64,000 nt of DNA from Octopus vulgaris (Eukaryota): positions 10,292,001-10,356,000 of the forward strand of contig OX597814.1 in the NCBI GenBank assembly GCA_951406725.2, written 5' to 3'. A program made the position numbers and the translations under genes. This document shows, one piece after another, positions 1 to 13,100 of the stretch; the first letter of the stretch is position 1; each line of letters starts with the position of its first letter. The notes beneath the pieces are model-generated. The model had not been told where the DNA came from. It saw nothing but the letters and a program-made list of their open reading frames with translations, and did not search any database.

Positions 1-49
1 TTTCTCTGTCCTTGTTTAGCCCCTTGAGGGCAGTAAAGAAATATATTTA

Positions 50-550
50 CTCCAAGAGGAGCAGTTCTCTGTGAACTGCTTTCTCTGAATCGAAGTCACA
101 TCAGGGGCTGAAATTCATCGACGGGTTTCAGCATAGTATGGACGTAGGGCTTTACTAATACGAACTGTCTAGGAATAGACTGAAAAAATTAGAAATAGTT
201 GCACTAGTGTTACTTATCAAGATGGGACTGTTCGTCTAGACAGGTCCTCTGCAGAAAACAACTTCGAGCGAATTCTTGACATGGCACTTTTGAACACGTA
301 GATAGCTGTTTTATGAAATATCAAATAATATGCAAAATATGTTTGTGCCTATAAAATCAACCCCGACAAATTTTACAAAAGCTTGTCCCAAAACTATTCT
401 CAGAATTGCATGAATGCATTCGTTTTGAAATCTGCCACTGACTTTTGGATCGCTGTGGTAGCGTTTAGTAATACATTTATGGAAACACTATTCACTTCAG
501 GCTGGTGCATATATACTAGTTTGGGAAACGGAAACGTCTTTAAATACCTG
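50..550 (+). mobile_element. Decayed mariner (Tc1/mariner) transposase N-terminal fragment
   Basis: Hand translation from 50 gives QEEQFSVNCFL*IEVTSGAEIHRRVSA*YGRRALLIRTV*E*TEKIRNSCTSVTYQDGTVR...ENNFERILDM, which resembles the mariner N-terminal HTH region (GAEIHRRL..YG..VYEW..F..GRTSV). It has many stops. Confidence 0.75.
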
Positions 551-670
551 TCGAATACCTGTCTTTAAATAACTGTTATCTCATCCAGCAAGAGGGAAAA
601 TTATTTTGCCAGTTTTTTTTTTGTTTTTTTTCACTTATTTACTTGGATGGACCTGTCCGAGAGTAATATC

Positions 671-886
671 CCTTCTGCTATATGCACAAGCACTGAAATT
701 TTTGAGGAGGTGATTAGTCAGTTATATCGACCCCAGTGTTTAACTGGTACTTAATTTATCGACCTTGAGAGAATGAAAAGAAAAATCGAACTTGGCGGAA
801 TTTGAACTCAGAACGTAGAGACGGACGAAATGCCGTTAAGCATTTTGCCCGGCACGCTAATGATTCTGCCAGCTCACCGCCATAGC
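671..886 (-). mobile_element. SINE family A (tRNA-like head, GCCTTTCATCCTTTCGGGGTCGATAAA-type central domain), older copy
   Basis: The reverse complement starts GGCGGTGAGCTGGCAGAATC...GAGTTCAAATTCCGCC like the other copies. It is flanked by a near-identical TSD, ccgagagt(a/t)atatc, at 657-670 and 887-900. Confidence 0.85.
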
Positions 887-1387
887 CCGAGAGTTATATC
901 AGGAGAAAGGCTAAACAGTAAACACACTTGTTAAAGCGAAATCCTGCATAACAAGCTAAGGACAGATAGTAGAAAGAAATTCCAAAGCTATTCTCAAAAG
1001 GCATTGTGCTTAGTTTCTAAGTTAGCCTTCTACTCAGTATCCTGAAATTCTCACATTTGTAAACACTGTTGAAATCCTTCCGCAGGAACAATGATTTGAA
1101 GTATTAGTATTAGGAAACGCTTTTCGGACACTCATCTGTTCGCTTCACGCCGAGACAAGCTAAGAGGTCATCGAATTACCCAGACTTAGAAGTGTATGTA
1201 CACGTTGCATGTACACGCCTCTTCTCTTCGTCGAAAAGTTTTTATTATGATAGCAGGAGAGATGACAGGAAGGCTCTATATCTTTCCTGTTCATGATACT
1301 AAGATGTTCTTACATCCGGCAATTAGAGAGAGTATTCTCCACCACGCTACTAGCAGCTTAGCGGCAAATACACGAAGTATAATAGTT

Positions 1388-1562
1388 AATTGCAGCATGG
1401 AAGGTGTTTATAAGCCATTAAAAAACACACAAAAACCGTTAGATTCACTTCAACATTTAAATGTAATTTGCCAAAATATTTTCGTCGCTTCGAGACCGCA
1501 ACCCGATCACTGACAATTTTTGTGTTTTTAAATGGCTTATAAACACCTTCCACGCTGCAATT
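1388..1562. mobile_element. Fold-back insert, probably an inverted Penelope-like pseudo-LTR end
   Basis: Inverted arms of about 42 bp (aattgcagc(a/g)tggaaggtgtttataagccatt...) lie directly next to a (TA)n tract. Confidence 0.55.
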
Positions 1563-1577
1563 CTTATTGTGTGTGTG

Positions 1578-1750
<173 letters not shown>

Positions 1751-2197
1751 TCAGTGATCATTTCACTATTGCAGGAGTAGATTGTTTTGAGGTTCTGAGT
1801 TCAAACCTACACAGTACTCACTACAGGACGGTGTTAATGAATGCACAACTAACTTTCCTGTGAATGGGAAAAGAGCGCTCACGCCCACATGCAAGCACAC
1901 ACGCACACATTCACTCACACACACATATGCACACGCATGCGTAAACATATATGAAAATAGAGCAACTCTATATCATTTGAAAATTGTAGTTTCTAATTGT
2001 TTTCTTTCTAAATTTCTTGAAGTGGTTTCTATATATTTTCATATATCATTTTTATGATCTAACCCAATTTCTCAATAATTTACCTTTAATTTACCTTTAA
2101 ATCGAAGATATCAGAAAGTAATAATGTATAATATATCGTTCTTTCAATAAAAATTAAATCAACTGATTATAATTAATATTGTTGTTGCTGTTGTTAA

Positions 2198-2240
2198 TCT
2201 TCTTCTTCTTCTTCTTCTTCTTCTTCTTCTTCTTCTTCTA

Positions 2241-2277
<37 letters not shown>

Positions 2278-2297
2278 TTCTTCTTCTTCTTCTTCTA

Positions 2298-2334
<37 letters not shown>

Positions 2335-2339
2335 TTTTT

Positions 2340-2403
<64 letters not shown>
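2198..2403. repeat. Compound (CTT)n/(CTA)n microsatellite
   Basis: Read directly; the block ctacttcctcttcttcctc is duplicated within it. Confidence 0.97.
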
Positions 2404-2462
2404 CTTTTCTTCTTCATTATCAGTCTGTGTGTCTGTGTTTTGCTTAGCAACAGTAACACCAC

Positions 2463-2606
2463 CAGCAGCAGCAGCAGCAGCCGTTCAAGAATTTGGACCT
2501 GGAGATCTCCATTTCCAGCGACATCGAGGGCCACCACACTGTGGTGTTGGACGTCAACGAAGAGCCCTCGACTACCACAAGACGACCAAAGTTCTTTTTT
2601 TCCAAG
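2463..2606 (+). CDS. Putative internal coding exon of an unidentified host gene
   Basis: GC-rich island with strong G/C bias at third codon positions in one frame: QQQQQQPFKNLDLEISISSDIEGHHTVVLDVNEEPSTTTRRPKFFFSK. It ends at an AAG|GTCTGT donor (phase 0). The 5' boundary is uncertain because of an in-frame TAA at 2454-2456, so the acceptor is probably one of the CAGs. Confidence 0.5.
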
Positions 2607-3299
2607 GTCTGTAGTCTCCCGCCCCTAAGCCCTAGACCATCGCCTAATCACCCTTACCCGTGTTTGTAGCTTAACAACAACAACAACAACAACAACAGCA
2701 GCAGCAGCAACAATGATATAGCAATAGACTGGCAAACAGGTGCAGTAGAATCGCTGCTGTCAGCATGGAAGTTTCCGGTGGAAGAGAAGAAATCATTACC
2801 AAAGCTACAGCCACATTAGCAACAAAATGTAGGTGTAGCAACGGAGCCACTACAATCACACTAGCAAAAAACAATGACAGCAACAACCTCAACAAAATCA
2901 AAAGTAACAGCGGCATCAATGAAAACAAAGCAAAAGCAGTTCTTTCGCTGGTATAGCAAAAGCATTTGATTTAGTCACATCAAAGAAAAACATTAGGATT
3001 TGGAGCAAACAGCGAATCATATTGACTAGGGCTGCAGAAAGGCTACAATTATGTTATCGTTTCAGCTTTTAGAGCAAATAGATAAAAGAACGGTGGTACA
3101 CCAAGTGATATCTTTGGAATTTAAACTAGGCCTGAAAGGTATCTTGGAAGATTTAGACTTTTTCTCTCCTGTTGACCAGCACGGATATGTGAAACTAAAC
3201 TTTCACTTGCTCATAAGCACTTCATTGCCCAACATAGAAATGAGGGCTTTACTTGAAACGGTAAGTAATTCAAGACAAATATTGTAAATGTACCATCTA

Positions 3300-4800
3300 A
3301 ATTAGACTTCTTCTGGCTGAGGAAATAAGAAGTAAGAGCTTAAAACATAGACAGAAATAAAAAAAATATCGAACAGAGTTCGGTTAGAACTGGAGGTCCA
3401 AATTCAGGTGAAAGCTGAGACATTGGGCAAGATCCTCGATCTAACTGAGGTCTCAGGAGGACAAATACCGGTGATAATAGAGAGATGGTGTAGATACTAC
3501 GATTGGGACATCACAGATCACCTCCAGATTTCATACCCCAACGACACATTCTGACTGTAGAAAAAAGGCCTATACTAATGCCAACGCCATATTAACAATC
3601 TGTTCAGAATAGACAATGTAAATGCACTCGAAGGAGGATCGTCGAAGCGGATCCATTTGCTCAGTGATCTCAGGCTTACTTGATATACGAGAACAGTGTT
3701 TCTAAGATAAGAGCCTTCATAACCTCTTTCAGTAGCTTTCAGTAATCGAGAGGTGGAGTCACTGTATTGTTTCGAAAAGGTCTTGACCATGCGTTGCAGA
3801 TCCTGCTTTTGAACACAGTTAGTTGGCGGTAAAAGATGTATCACTTCATTTTTATTCGCAGCACTTTCGTCTGAAAAGAACTATTAGAGGAGAATTTGCG
3901 ATAAAGGGGAAGAGATGTCACTGGTGAGTTATTTCGAAAATGTAATTAGATAGTGCAACTTTATCTGCAAAAATGACCCTCAACCATTTCTTCAATGCAA
4001 AAAAAAAAACCCATAAAAAATACAAAGAAAAAGGACGAAAGTTACATTTTTATAATTAAAGAAAACCATGTTGCTACACGCAAAGAAATGAAACTATTTT
4101 GATGGGCTCACATAGCAAAAGCCTGTCATGAGAGTAAAACCACAAACTGACATTGATAGACCGGGGCTGTTGCATGCAGGTGGATTCATAGCACTGTTTA
4201 AGTTCCAGATGGTTTTGCTAATCTGTTTGGGATAGCGATGAACCGGACATAGAAAACATTAACGCCTGCCTCTACTATCTCAACATCTCAAAGGTCCTTT
4301 CGTTTGTTGGTAAGTAGCCAAGCAGTTGGCATTTGATGTAATAGATGAGATTTCGAATGCTATAGTCGAATCGATGAGTGGTGAGGAGGGTGGATTGCTA
4401 AGTCCTATTAGCGTAGTGTTCGGGTGGAAAAGATAGGTATAGAAACAGGGACGGGAGCAAGTAAAGAAACCGAGTTGGGGGTGTACAGTCCGTAAGAGTT
4501 GTGTCACTTAGATCGCGGAGGTGTTTAAAGGATAGGGAGAATTAATCGGGAAGCAAATGGGAGGTGGTAGGGCCTAATAAGAGGAACAAGAAGCGATGAT
4601 ATTGTGCTGGAAATTTTAATTCGTGGGTTGCAAGATACGGAAAATGAAATTCCAGGTAGTTGGCAGACACGCCGTAAGGGGGTGGTAGCGAGATTGATAT
4701 TATTTCATCGTACCCCACCTGTGCCATCGCAGGTGCAGGAACGGAAGGTCTTAATTATATTTGGTGTTTTTCCACTTCATGTGAAGTGAGTGATCATTTG
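3300..4800 (-). mobile_element. Highly decayed LINE ORF2 remnant (CR1-like)
   Basis: Minus-strand peptide traces SAFTLSILNRL, GVGISIGLF and GICPPETS resemble the C-terminal region of CR1-group ORF2. Heavily frameshifted; boundaries approximate. Confidence 0.4.
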
Positions 4801-5684
4801 AAAAGACTGGGCTTTTAAATTAGGGCTGTAGCTGCAGAATTAGCGGAGGCAAAGAAATTCGGAGTAGGACAGTTAGTTCCATGTGGTTCAGGTATGGTGT
4901 AATGAAGATGTTAAAAGAGTGGGAGTCGGTTGGTTTAGATAAGACTGATGGTGAGTTTGTTGTGGTCGTTGAAACAAAAGTGGATTCTGACACTGGCTGA
5001 AAGGAGTTGGAAGGGTTGGAAGGAGTTGAGTTCTGCGATTGTTCTTTCAGTAGATGCACTTTTATTGCCCTGTAGGTAAAAGTACAGGATCATGTCTACT
5101 GTTGACTTTTCATTTATGAAACCGTACTGTGACAATATATTCTCTCTCTTTCTCTCAGCATATACATTCATACATACACAGACGCACGCGCTCGCGTGTA
5201 CACATACACATATATTCTTCATCGTCTAATAATGTGCTAAATTGTCTACAGTTTCTACATATTCCATATTGGAATTCGCATTTAATTCGCATTGACATAA
5301 CATCATAGCACCAACAACCTGTTGCACCAAATACTTCGCTTTAATGAACTAAAATTCTATTATCTAAGTTCATACACGTAACTTTACAAACTGGATATGT
5401 AAGTATACACACATACACACATACACAAACACAGACATGCACACACTTACACACACACACACATATATATATAACCACACATATGTATATGCTTGTATGT
5501 ATAATATGTATGTATATATGTATATATAAATTAAATATCACTGCGTTTATATGTCTATACATATATACATAGCCTACCTCACACACATACAGACGCACAG
5601 GCATATATGTATCACATCTGCATATTCTATTACTTATTAAGTATAATACCTGTATTTCATTCCTTCCCTCTCTCCCCTCCTCAC

Positions 5685-5726
<42 letters not shown>

Positions 5727-5840
5727 GTAAATATGTAGGTATGAGTCTGCCTTTACACACATTCACTCACATACACACAGACATAGACAAACACACACAC
5801 GTACATATATTACATGTGAATGTGTGTGTGTGTGTGTGTA

Positions 5841-5872
<32 letters not shown>

Positions 5873-6308
5873 TGTGCTTCTATAGCGCAATGTCTACATT
5901 ACCTACTGGCTAATATTGTTTACCGAACTTCCATGTTTTTCCAAGATGGAGTAGCAAACGCCGTGTGATGTCAACCGTAAGGTCCAGTTTCTGTCTTCAA
6001 TGACAAGGAGATGTAGTTAAGCAGATAATCCTTCTTCACGTGGGATAAACATGAACATTCTGGCGAAGGATTAGCCAGTTTCCTTTCTTCTCTCTTGCAA
6101 GTCCTTTTTAGTAAATAAGCTACTCTAGTCACCACAACGTCTAATCTGGCGGTTAGCTATGCTTAAAAATACGATAACAGACTCGGGTCAGAGGTCAGTT
6201 ATTTTTTCCTGGTGGAAGAGCTTTTTACCAGTGAAGCAGTAATAAACTCTTACCATCATATACATACATAGATACATACATAGATACATACATAGATACA
6301 TACATACA

Positions 6309-6438
<130 letters not shown>

Positions 6439-6524
6439 AATATATATGCATACACAGTCGGACACAGGTTGATAATCACTCTCATGCGTACACACATGCG
6501 CGCGCCCACAAACATACACACACA

Positions 6525-6581
<57 letters not shown>

Positions 6582-6878
6582 AAATGCAGCAACATATAAA
6601 CATGAACTCGCATATATAAAATATGGCAGAAGAGAAAGCTGGAAGATGGCGAATCAGAGATACAGAAATAGAGATGTTCTTAGAGATACACATATGGAGA
6701 TAGGATATATAGTAATATTTATGTAGATGGACACACACACACACACAAACACATACAGACATATGATATATATATATATATATAAGTGTGTATGCATAAA
6801 GTATATATATGTATATACATATGTATATATATCTTTATATGTCTGTGTATATGTACGTATATATATATATATATGTAC

Positions 6879-6937
<59 letters not shown>

Positions 6938-7101
6938 AATGAGATAGGGGTTGAAAATTCAACCCACCATGGGATAATATATATCCAATATACTGCTAGA
7001 TAGGTACCCAACAAAATTAATACATAGATGTTAGAAATTGTCAAGCAATCAGTTCATCTATTGTATTAAATGGGTAAGGGTAATAATATTACCGTAAATT
7101 A

Positions 7102-7476
7102 ATACTACAAAATTAGAGAATGGAGAAACATACTTAAATCAATAAAACATCAACTATCCGATGATACTCAATCCATACTTTAATACACCATTACATAGGA
7201 GTAAAGGCAATATATAAAATGAAATGAGATATACAGTAATAGTAAAAGTAAAAAGATAAAGAGATATAAGTAAAAAATTACTTGCATATTGTATTTGTAA
7301 TTTTTTACTTATATCTCTTTATCTTTTTACTTTTACTATTACTGTATATCTCATTTCATTTTATATATTGCCTTTACTCCTATGTAATGGTGTATTAAAG
7401 TATGGATTGAGTATCATCGGATAGTTGATGTTTTATTGATTTAAGTATGTTTCTCCATTCTCTAATTTTGTAGTAT
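7102..7476. repeat. Perfect inverted repeat, 180-bp arms with a 15-nt spacer
   Basis: 7102-7281 is the reverse complement of 7297-7476; spacer ttgcatattgtattt. It is part of an insert (about 6936-7476) between two (TA)n tracts. Confidence 0.95.
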
Positions 7477-7683
7477 ATATATATATATATATCTGTACAT
7501 ATATATACGTACATATATATATATCTGTGTGTGTGCATACATACATTGGTATTACTATATTTTTATATACATATATAAATTTATGTATATACATACATAC
7601 AAACACATTATATATATATATAATATATGTATGTATGTATATCTATCTATCTGTCTATATACATATATATGTGCACAGATATA

Positions 7684-7732
<49 letters not shown>

Positions 7733-7959
7733 GCATAGAGGTACGAGCAAACATTTTCCCCTGTCTCCATATACGTCTAACGTGTTTGCATATATGGAAT
7801 AAGAGTATATATGTATGTATGTATAAGCTATGTATGTGCAAATTATATATGGACTTCATAAAATTTTATATATCTGTGTATATATTAAAGTACACATATA
7901 TGTACTTCAAATACAATCGCTCACACGTATGTATCTATCTCCCTCTCTCTCTCTCCATC

Positions 7960-8013
<54 letters not shown>

Positions 8014-8063
8014 ACTATCTATTTATCTATCTATCTGTCTATCTAACTATATATCGATGTATC

Positions 8064-8114
<51 letters not shown>

Positions 8115-8342
8115 TTATCTATCTATCTATCCACATACCAGTGTATATACACATGTACGTGTATGTATGCATATATGTGTATATAAAGAGAGATAGACAG
8201 AGAGGGAGATAACGAATGATAGAGGAAGAGGAAGTGAGCGTGTAGAAAAAGATAGGTGGACATAGATATGATTGTGTTTGTCGATGTTTAAATACATGTG
8301 CATTACTTATATACATACATGCAGAGAAGCATGCATACATAC

Positions 8343-8415
<73 letters not shown>

Positions 8416-8668
8416 CATATATATATATGTATATATATATATATGTACATATATACATATATATACATATATATACATATATATATATATACATATATAT
8501 ATACATATTTATATATATATATACACACACTCACACACTTGTACGTTTGCATATACACAGATAATTTTATGTATATATATGTATGTGCTTATTTTATTGT
8601 AAGCGTATATAATCGCCCCCCCCCCCCCAAAAAAAAAATACGCACAAATAAGCGCTCAAACGTAAATA

Positions 8669-8978
8669 TGTTGTATACGTACACATACATTGTATTCTCT
8701 CCTGCTGTTGATAATCTGACATTCACTTATGATTGGACAGTGTTTCTTACGCGTCAATGCAGTGATCCATACATCGATGAGAGGCTAGCAACAACTGACA
8801 ACAACTTAGACACTGGCAAGAGACAACATTGGCATTTCTCAATTTAGTTCTGGTCGACCTTCGGTACATACATGCGTATATATTTAATCTCTAGCTCAAA
8901 TAAAGAAGCAACTGGACTCTATGAAGATTTCTCGTAAGCTTCCTTCTTCACAGTTAAAAAATCCGCTTTACACGTACA
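8669..8978 (+). mobile_element. Possible solo LTR
   Basis: About 300 bp of unique sequence inside microsatellites with TG...CA ends and an internal AATAAA near 8899. No convincing TSD found. Confidence 0.35.
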
Positions 8979-9205
8979 TGTAGGCAAGCATGCATGGAGT
9001 TATGCATGCATGCGTGAAATCATTGACGAACGAACATACATGTGCGTACATATATGCATTATACACACATACAAGCGTAGGTGTATACGTACATACATAC
9101 GAACACATCTACACCAGATGTACAAAAGTACACGTGTATATATACTCACATACATACATATGTATATATATATATATTTATACATAATCATATATGTATA
9201 TATAT

Positions 9206-9281
<76 letters not shown>

Positions 9282-10312
9282 TTATATATACATTTATATA
9301 CCTATGGGTGCATGTATATATATATATAGTATATGTGTCTTCATGCCTATTTGGGAATGTGGGTACGTGTTAAAACACACACAAAAACATAAACAAGCAT
9401 TTATGAATGTATACAATGTTGCTTATATATCCTTATATACTCTTATTCCACCCTAAAGGACATGCACCATATAAACACATAGTGTAATCCCACATAAATA
9501 TATAATAAATCCATACGGACAGACATGAACACAGTTATTCACGCACGCACATACGTATATAAGTGTGTGCTTGTTTACGTATATATGTGTATGTGTAAAT
9601 ATATATATATATATATATATATATTCACATACACATACATACGTTAAGAAACTGGAGAATCACATCGAAATATTGTTTATGTTGACAAAGTAATGTAGAA
9701 AAGCGTTAAGTACGAACTTTTTGCTTGTTGTTCTCAGAAAATTTTGGAACAGGTTCCCTATGCAAATTTTAGCATCAATGTCAGCGTTGCTCCTTTTCCG
9801 ATCCGTTGATATCATATTTGAAATATTCCTCCATGCAAACGCCTCGCATTACACGTATATTTATAAGGCAAACGACGAATAATTGTTTTTAGTATTAGTT
9901 ATATTTTGTATTGCGTTGGGGGTTGGCAGTATCCGTAGAGCATCAGATATTATGTATTTTTCGTGATTACTTTTGAGTTCATTCTCTTGGGGTTGTTAAA
10001 ATAAAGAACCTTTCATGTGCTGTCTTCTGATGATGTCTACTAACTCGTACCCTCAGAACTGACAGCCTTTCGGGCTAAAATTTTGGATAAAACAGAAAAC
10101 ATTTTAAAGTGCACTGGACTGACAGATTCATTGGAGCGTCGGAAAAATACCTTGTTGTGGTCCTTTCTGTTCTGAGTTCAAATCTTATAAGATAAACTTT
10201 GCCCTACATTCCTACGGGGTCTATATACTAAAGTATCAGTCAAGTAATATTCTGATGTTATTGATTAATCTCTCTCCTCAAAATGACACACCTTGTGCAT
10301 AAATTAAATTAA

Positions 10313-10313
<1 letters not shown>

Positions 10314-10372
<59 letters not shown>

Positions 10373-10916
10373 GAGTGAGAGAGCAGAGCGTGCCATCAAA
10401 GTGATACGGGGGTGAAATATACGAATCCCAGTATACCCATCATGATTACCCGTCTAAGGTACACCAGGCACATGCATCAGAACCCAATGTTCATGACATG
10501 GTGATCTCATATCAAGATAAGCAGCGCATAACCTTGCGGGTGGGGCCCAGTTAGAATTTTCTTCGGGTCCAGTAGCCCATCCTGCTCAAAAGGTCCCTGA
10601 GTAAGTCTTGTTTGAGGGTGTGAAACGAAACACCCATGTTTCCAGAGGAGAATGATCCAAACCCCAAAGAATTCCTTTCAACACATGGCTATGATGCTCC
10701 CCACACTATTTCTTCTCGTGATCAGAGATGCACATATCGTCAGCCACTAAAGGACATGCTCAACTGATTAAGGTCAAACAACTGACAAGCAAATCTGTGG
10801 TATTGAGCAGAATATTTACTGTAGCCTATCTTTTATACCAAGACAAAGCAATGTACTTGAAAATACTTTCAATCAGTTAAGGTAAGAAGCCCTGAGAGCC
10901 ACTGCACCAGGACATT
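10314..10916 (-). mobile_element. Non-LTR retroposon 3' fragment with a (TAA)n tail
   Basis: A 540-bp non-repetitive body ends on the minus strand in a (TAA)n tail (the TTA run at 10314-10372) and sits among trinucleotide tracts. Confidence 0.5.
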
Positions 10917-10919
10917 TAT

Positions 10920-10984
<65 letters not shown>

Positions 10985-12496
10985 TTACTACTATTACTAC
11001 TACTACTACTAATAATAATAATAGTAATAATACTAATACTACTACTACTGCTGCTGCCGCTGCTGCTGCTGCCGCTGCTGCTGCTGCTGCTGCTGTTGTA
11101 GTAGTTGTCGTTGTTGTTGATGTTGTTGTTGTTGTTGCTGTTGTTATTACAGTCATTAGAACGCCAGCAAAATGCTTCATGGTATTTGTCCGGGTTCCTC
11201 AAGTTCTGAGTTCAAATCCTGCAGATGTCAATTTTATCCTTTATGGTCGATTGTATCGACTTGTTTCCTCCATTTAAAACTTCCGTCCTTGTTTGATGGA
11301 TCGGTTGAATTATGAGAGCAGCAGACAAAAGAAAAAATGCCTCGCAGTATTTGTTCTGTCTCCGCTCTGGGTTCAAATTTCATCTTTCTCTAGTATCCTT
11401 CCAGGGACAATAAACTAAAGTAGCATCCTAGTACTGGGGTCGTTACTATCAAATAATCCTCTGTAATCTAAATTGCTTGTTTTGTGTTTAAATTAGAAAC
11501 CATCGTTATCATCGTCGTCGTCGTCGACGTCTTCGTAACCGAGCTACAGTGATCGCAAGCAACGACGCTCTAAAAGTTATACTGTCCGTTCAAACAGTTC
11601 GCCGATGACGATTTAGAGTTCCATTTGCTAATATTCTTGAAAACCTTCAACAGCGAATGATAATGTAGAAATTCTCAGTGTGTGTCTTAATTGTATAAGA
11701 AAGAAAGAGAGAGCGAGAGCGGAAAAGAGAGAGGAAGAAAGGAAAAGAGAGATAGCAAGAGGTTTTCTCCGTCATCTTTTCTCGGCGGACAAACATTTTA
11801 GCAAAAATGTCAACAAGTATGACGTTTGATAAGAAAGGAGCGGTGAGAGACAGCCATGACTGCCGTGTAAATTTGAAGCTTTCACTTGGCTTGAAAGCTT
11901 TGCTTACCAAGGCGAAAATGTACTTTTATCCGGGGAAAAAAATGTGCAGAGGATTTTAGTTGTGTGTGTGTATGTGTGTTGACTTTAAACACATCGGTAG
12001 GTTTTTGATATAACTAAACGGAGATTGGCACCGCTATGAGCAGTAGCATTGAAAGTGAAAGTGAAAGTAAGAATAAATACGAAAAATAAAAACAAGATGG
12101 CGCGCACTAACAGCAAAAGTTTCAACAACACAAAAGAATGAAAAATGTCGGAGCAACAACAATAAATTCCATAACGACATTTCTGCTGCAAAATACCCCC
12201 CAGCACTTCCAATCATAAAGGTAAGCAGTAGTGACAAGAATAACAACAACACTGAAAGATTAAGAGTTATAGCAACAACAACAGTGATGACAGCAACTAT
12301 AAGAGTTCCAGGAAAATGTCAAACATCAGCAGCAGCAACAGTACGGTCGCCAAAAGCAAAAATAACATCTTCATCACCAGCAGAACAGTTCGAAGGAACA
12401 TGATAACAACAACAACAACTAACGCCTCCGCCGCCGCTACCACCATTACCGGGGTCACTACCTTCACTACTGCAGTATCACATTCAAGTACAAGAT

Positions 12497-13100
12497 GGCG
12501 AGCTGGCAGAATTGTTAGCACGCTGGGAAAAATGCTTAGCAGCATTTCGTCGGTTTTCACTTTTTGAACCCAAATTCCACTGAAGTCGTCTTTACTTTTC
12601 ATCCTTTCGGGGTTCGATAAAATAAGTACCAGTGGGACACTGCGGTCGATGTGATCGACTTATATCCGCTCCCGGCTGTCCATGAGCTAAAATGGCTGTC
12701 CTTGAGCTAAAATGGCTGTCCTTGAGCTAAAATGGCTGTCCTTGAGCTAAAATGGCTGTCCTTGAGCTAAAATGGCTGTCCTTGAGCTAAAATGGCTGTC
12801 CTTGAGCTAAAATGGCTGTCCTTGAGCTAAAATGGCTGTCCTTGAGCTAAAATGGCTGTACTTGAGCTAAAATGGCTGTCCATGAGCTAAAATGGCTGTC
12901 CTTGAGCTAAAATGGCTGTCCTTGAGCTAAAATGGCTGTCCATGAGCTAAAATGGCTGTCCTTGAGCTAAAATGGCTGTCCTTGAGCTAAAATGGCTGTC
13001 CTTGAGCTAAAATGGCTGTCCTTGAGCTAAAATGTCTGTCCATGAGCTAAAATGGCTGTCCTTGAGCTAAAATGGCTGTCCTTGAGCTAAAATTTTAAAT
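12497..13100 (+). mobile_element. SINE family A copy with an internal minisatellite expansion
   Basis: The head GGCGAGCTGGCAGAATTGTTAGCACGCTGGG and the central domain are present; the 3' segment is tandemly amplified. Confidence 0.8.
12674..13093 (+). repeat. 20-bp minisatellite, 21 copies (ggctgtccttgagctaaaat)
   Basis: 420 bp equals 21 x 20 bp. Few variants (catgag, gtac, atgtct). No spacers. Confidence 0.97.

Noticed and set aside
12674-13093. CRISPR-like regular repeat array
   Set aside because: The units are contiguous with no unique spacers, there are no cas genes, and the context is eukaryotic. It is a minisatellite.
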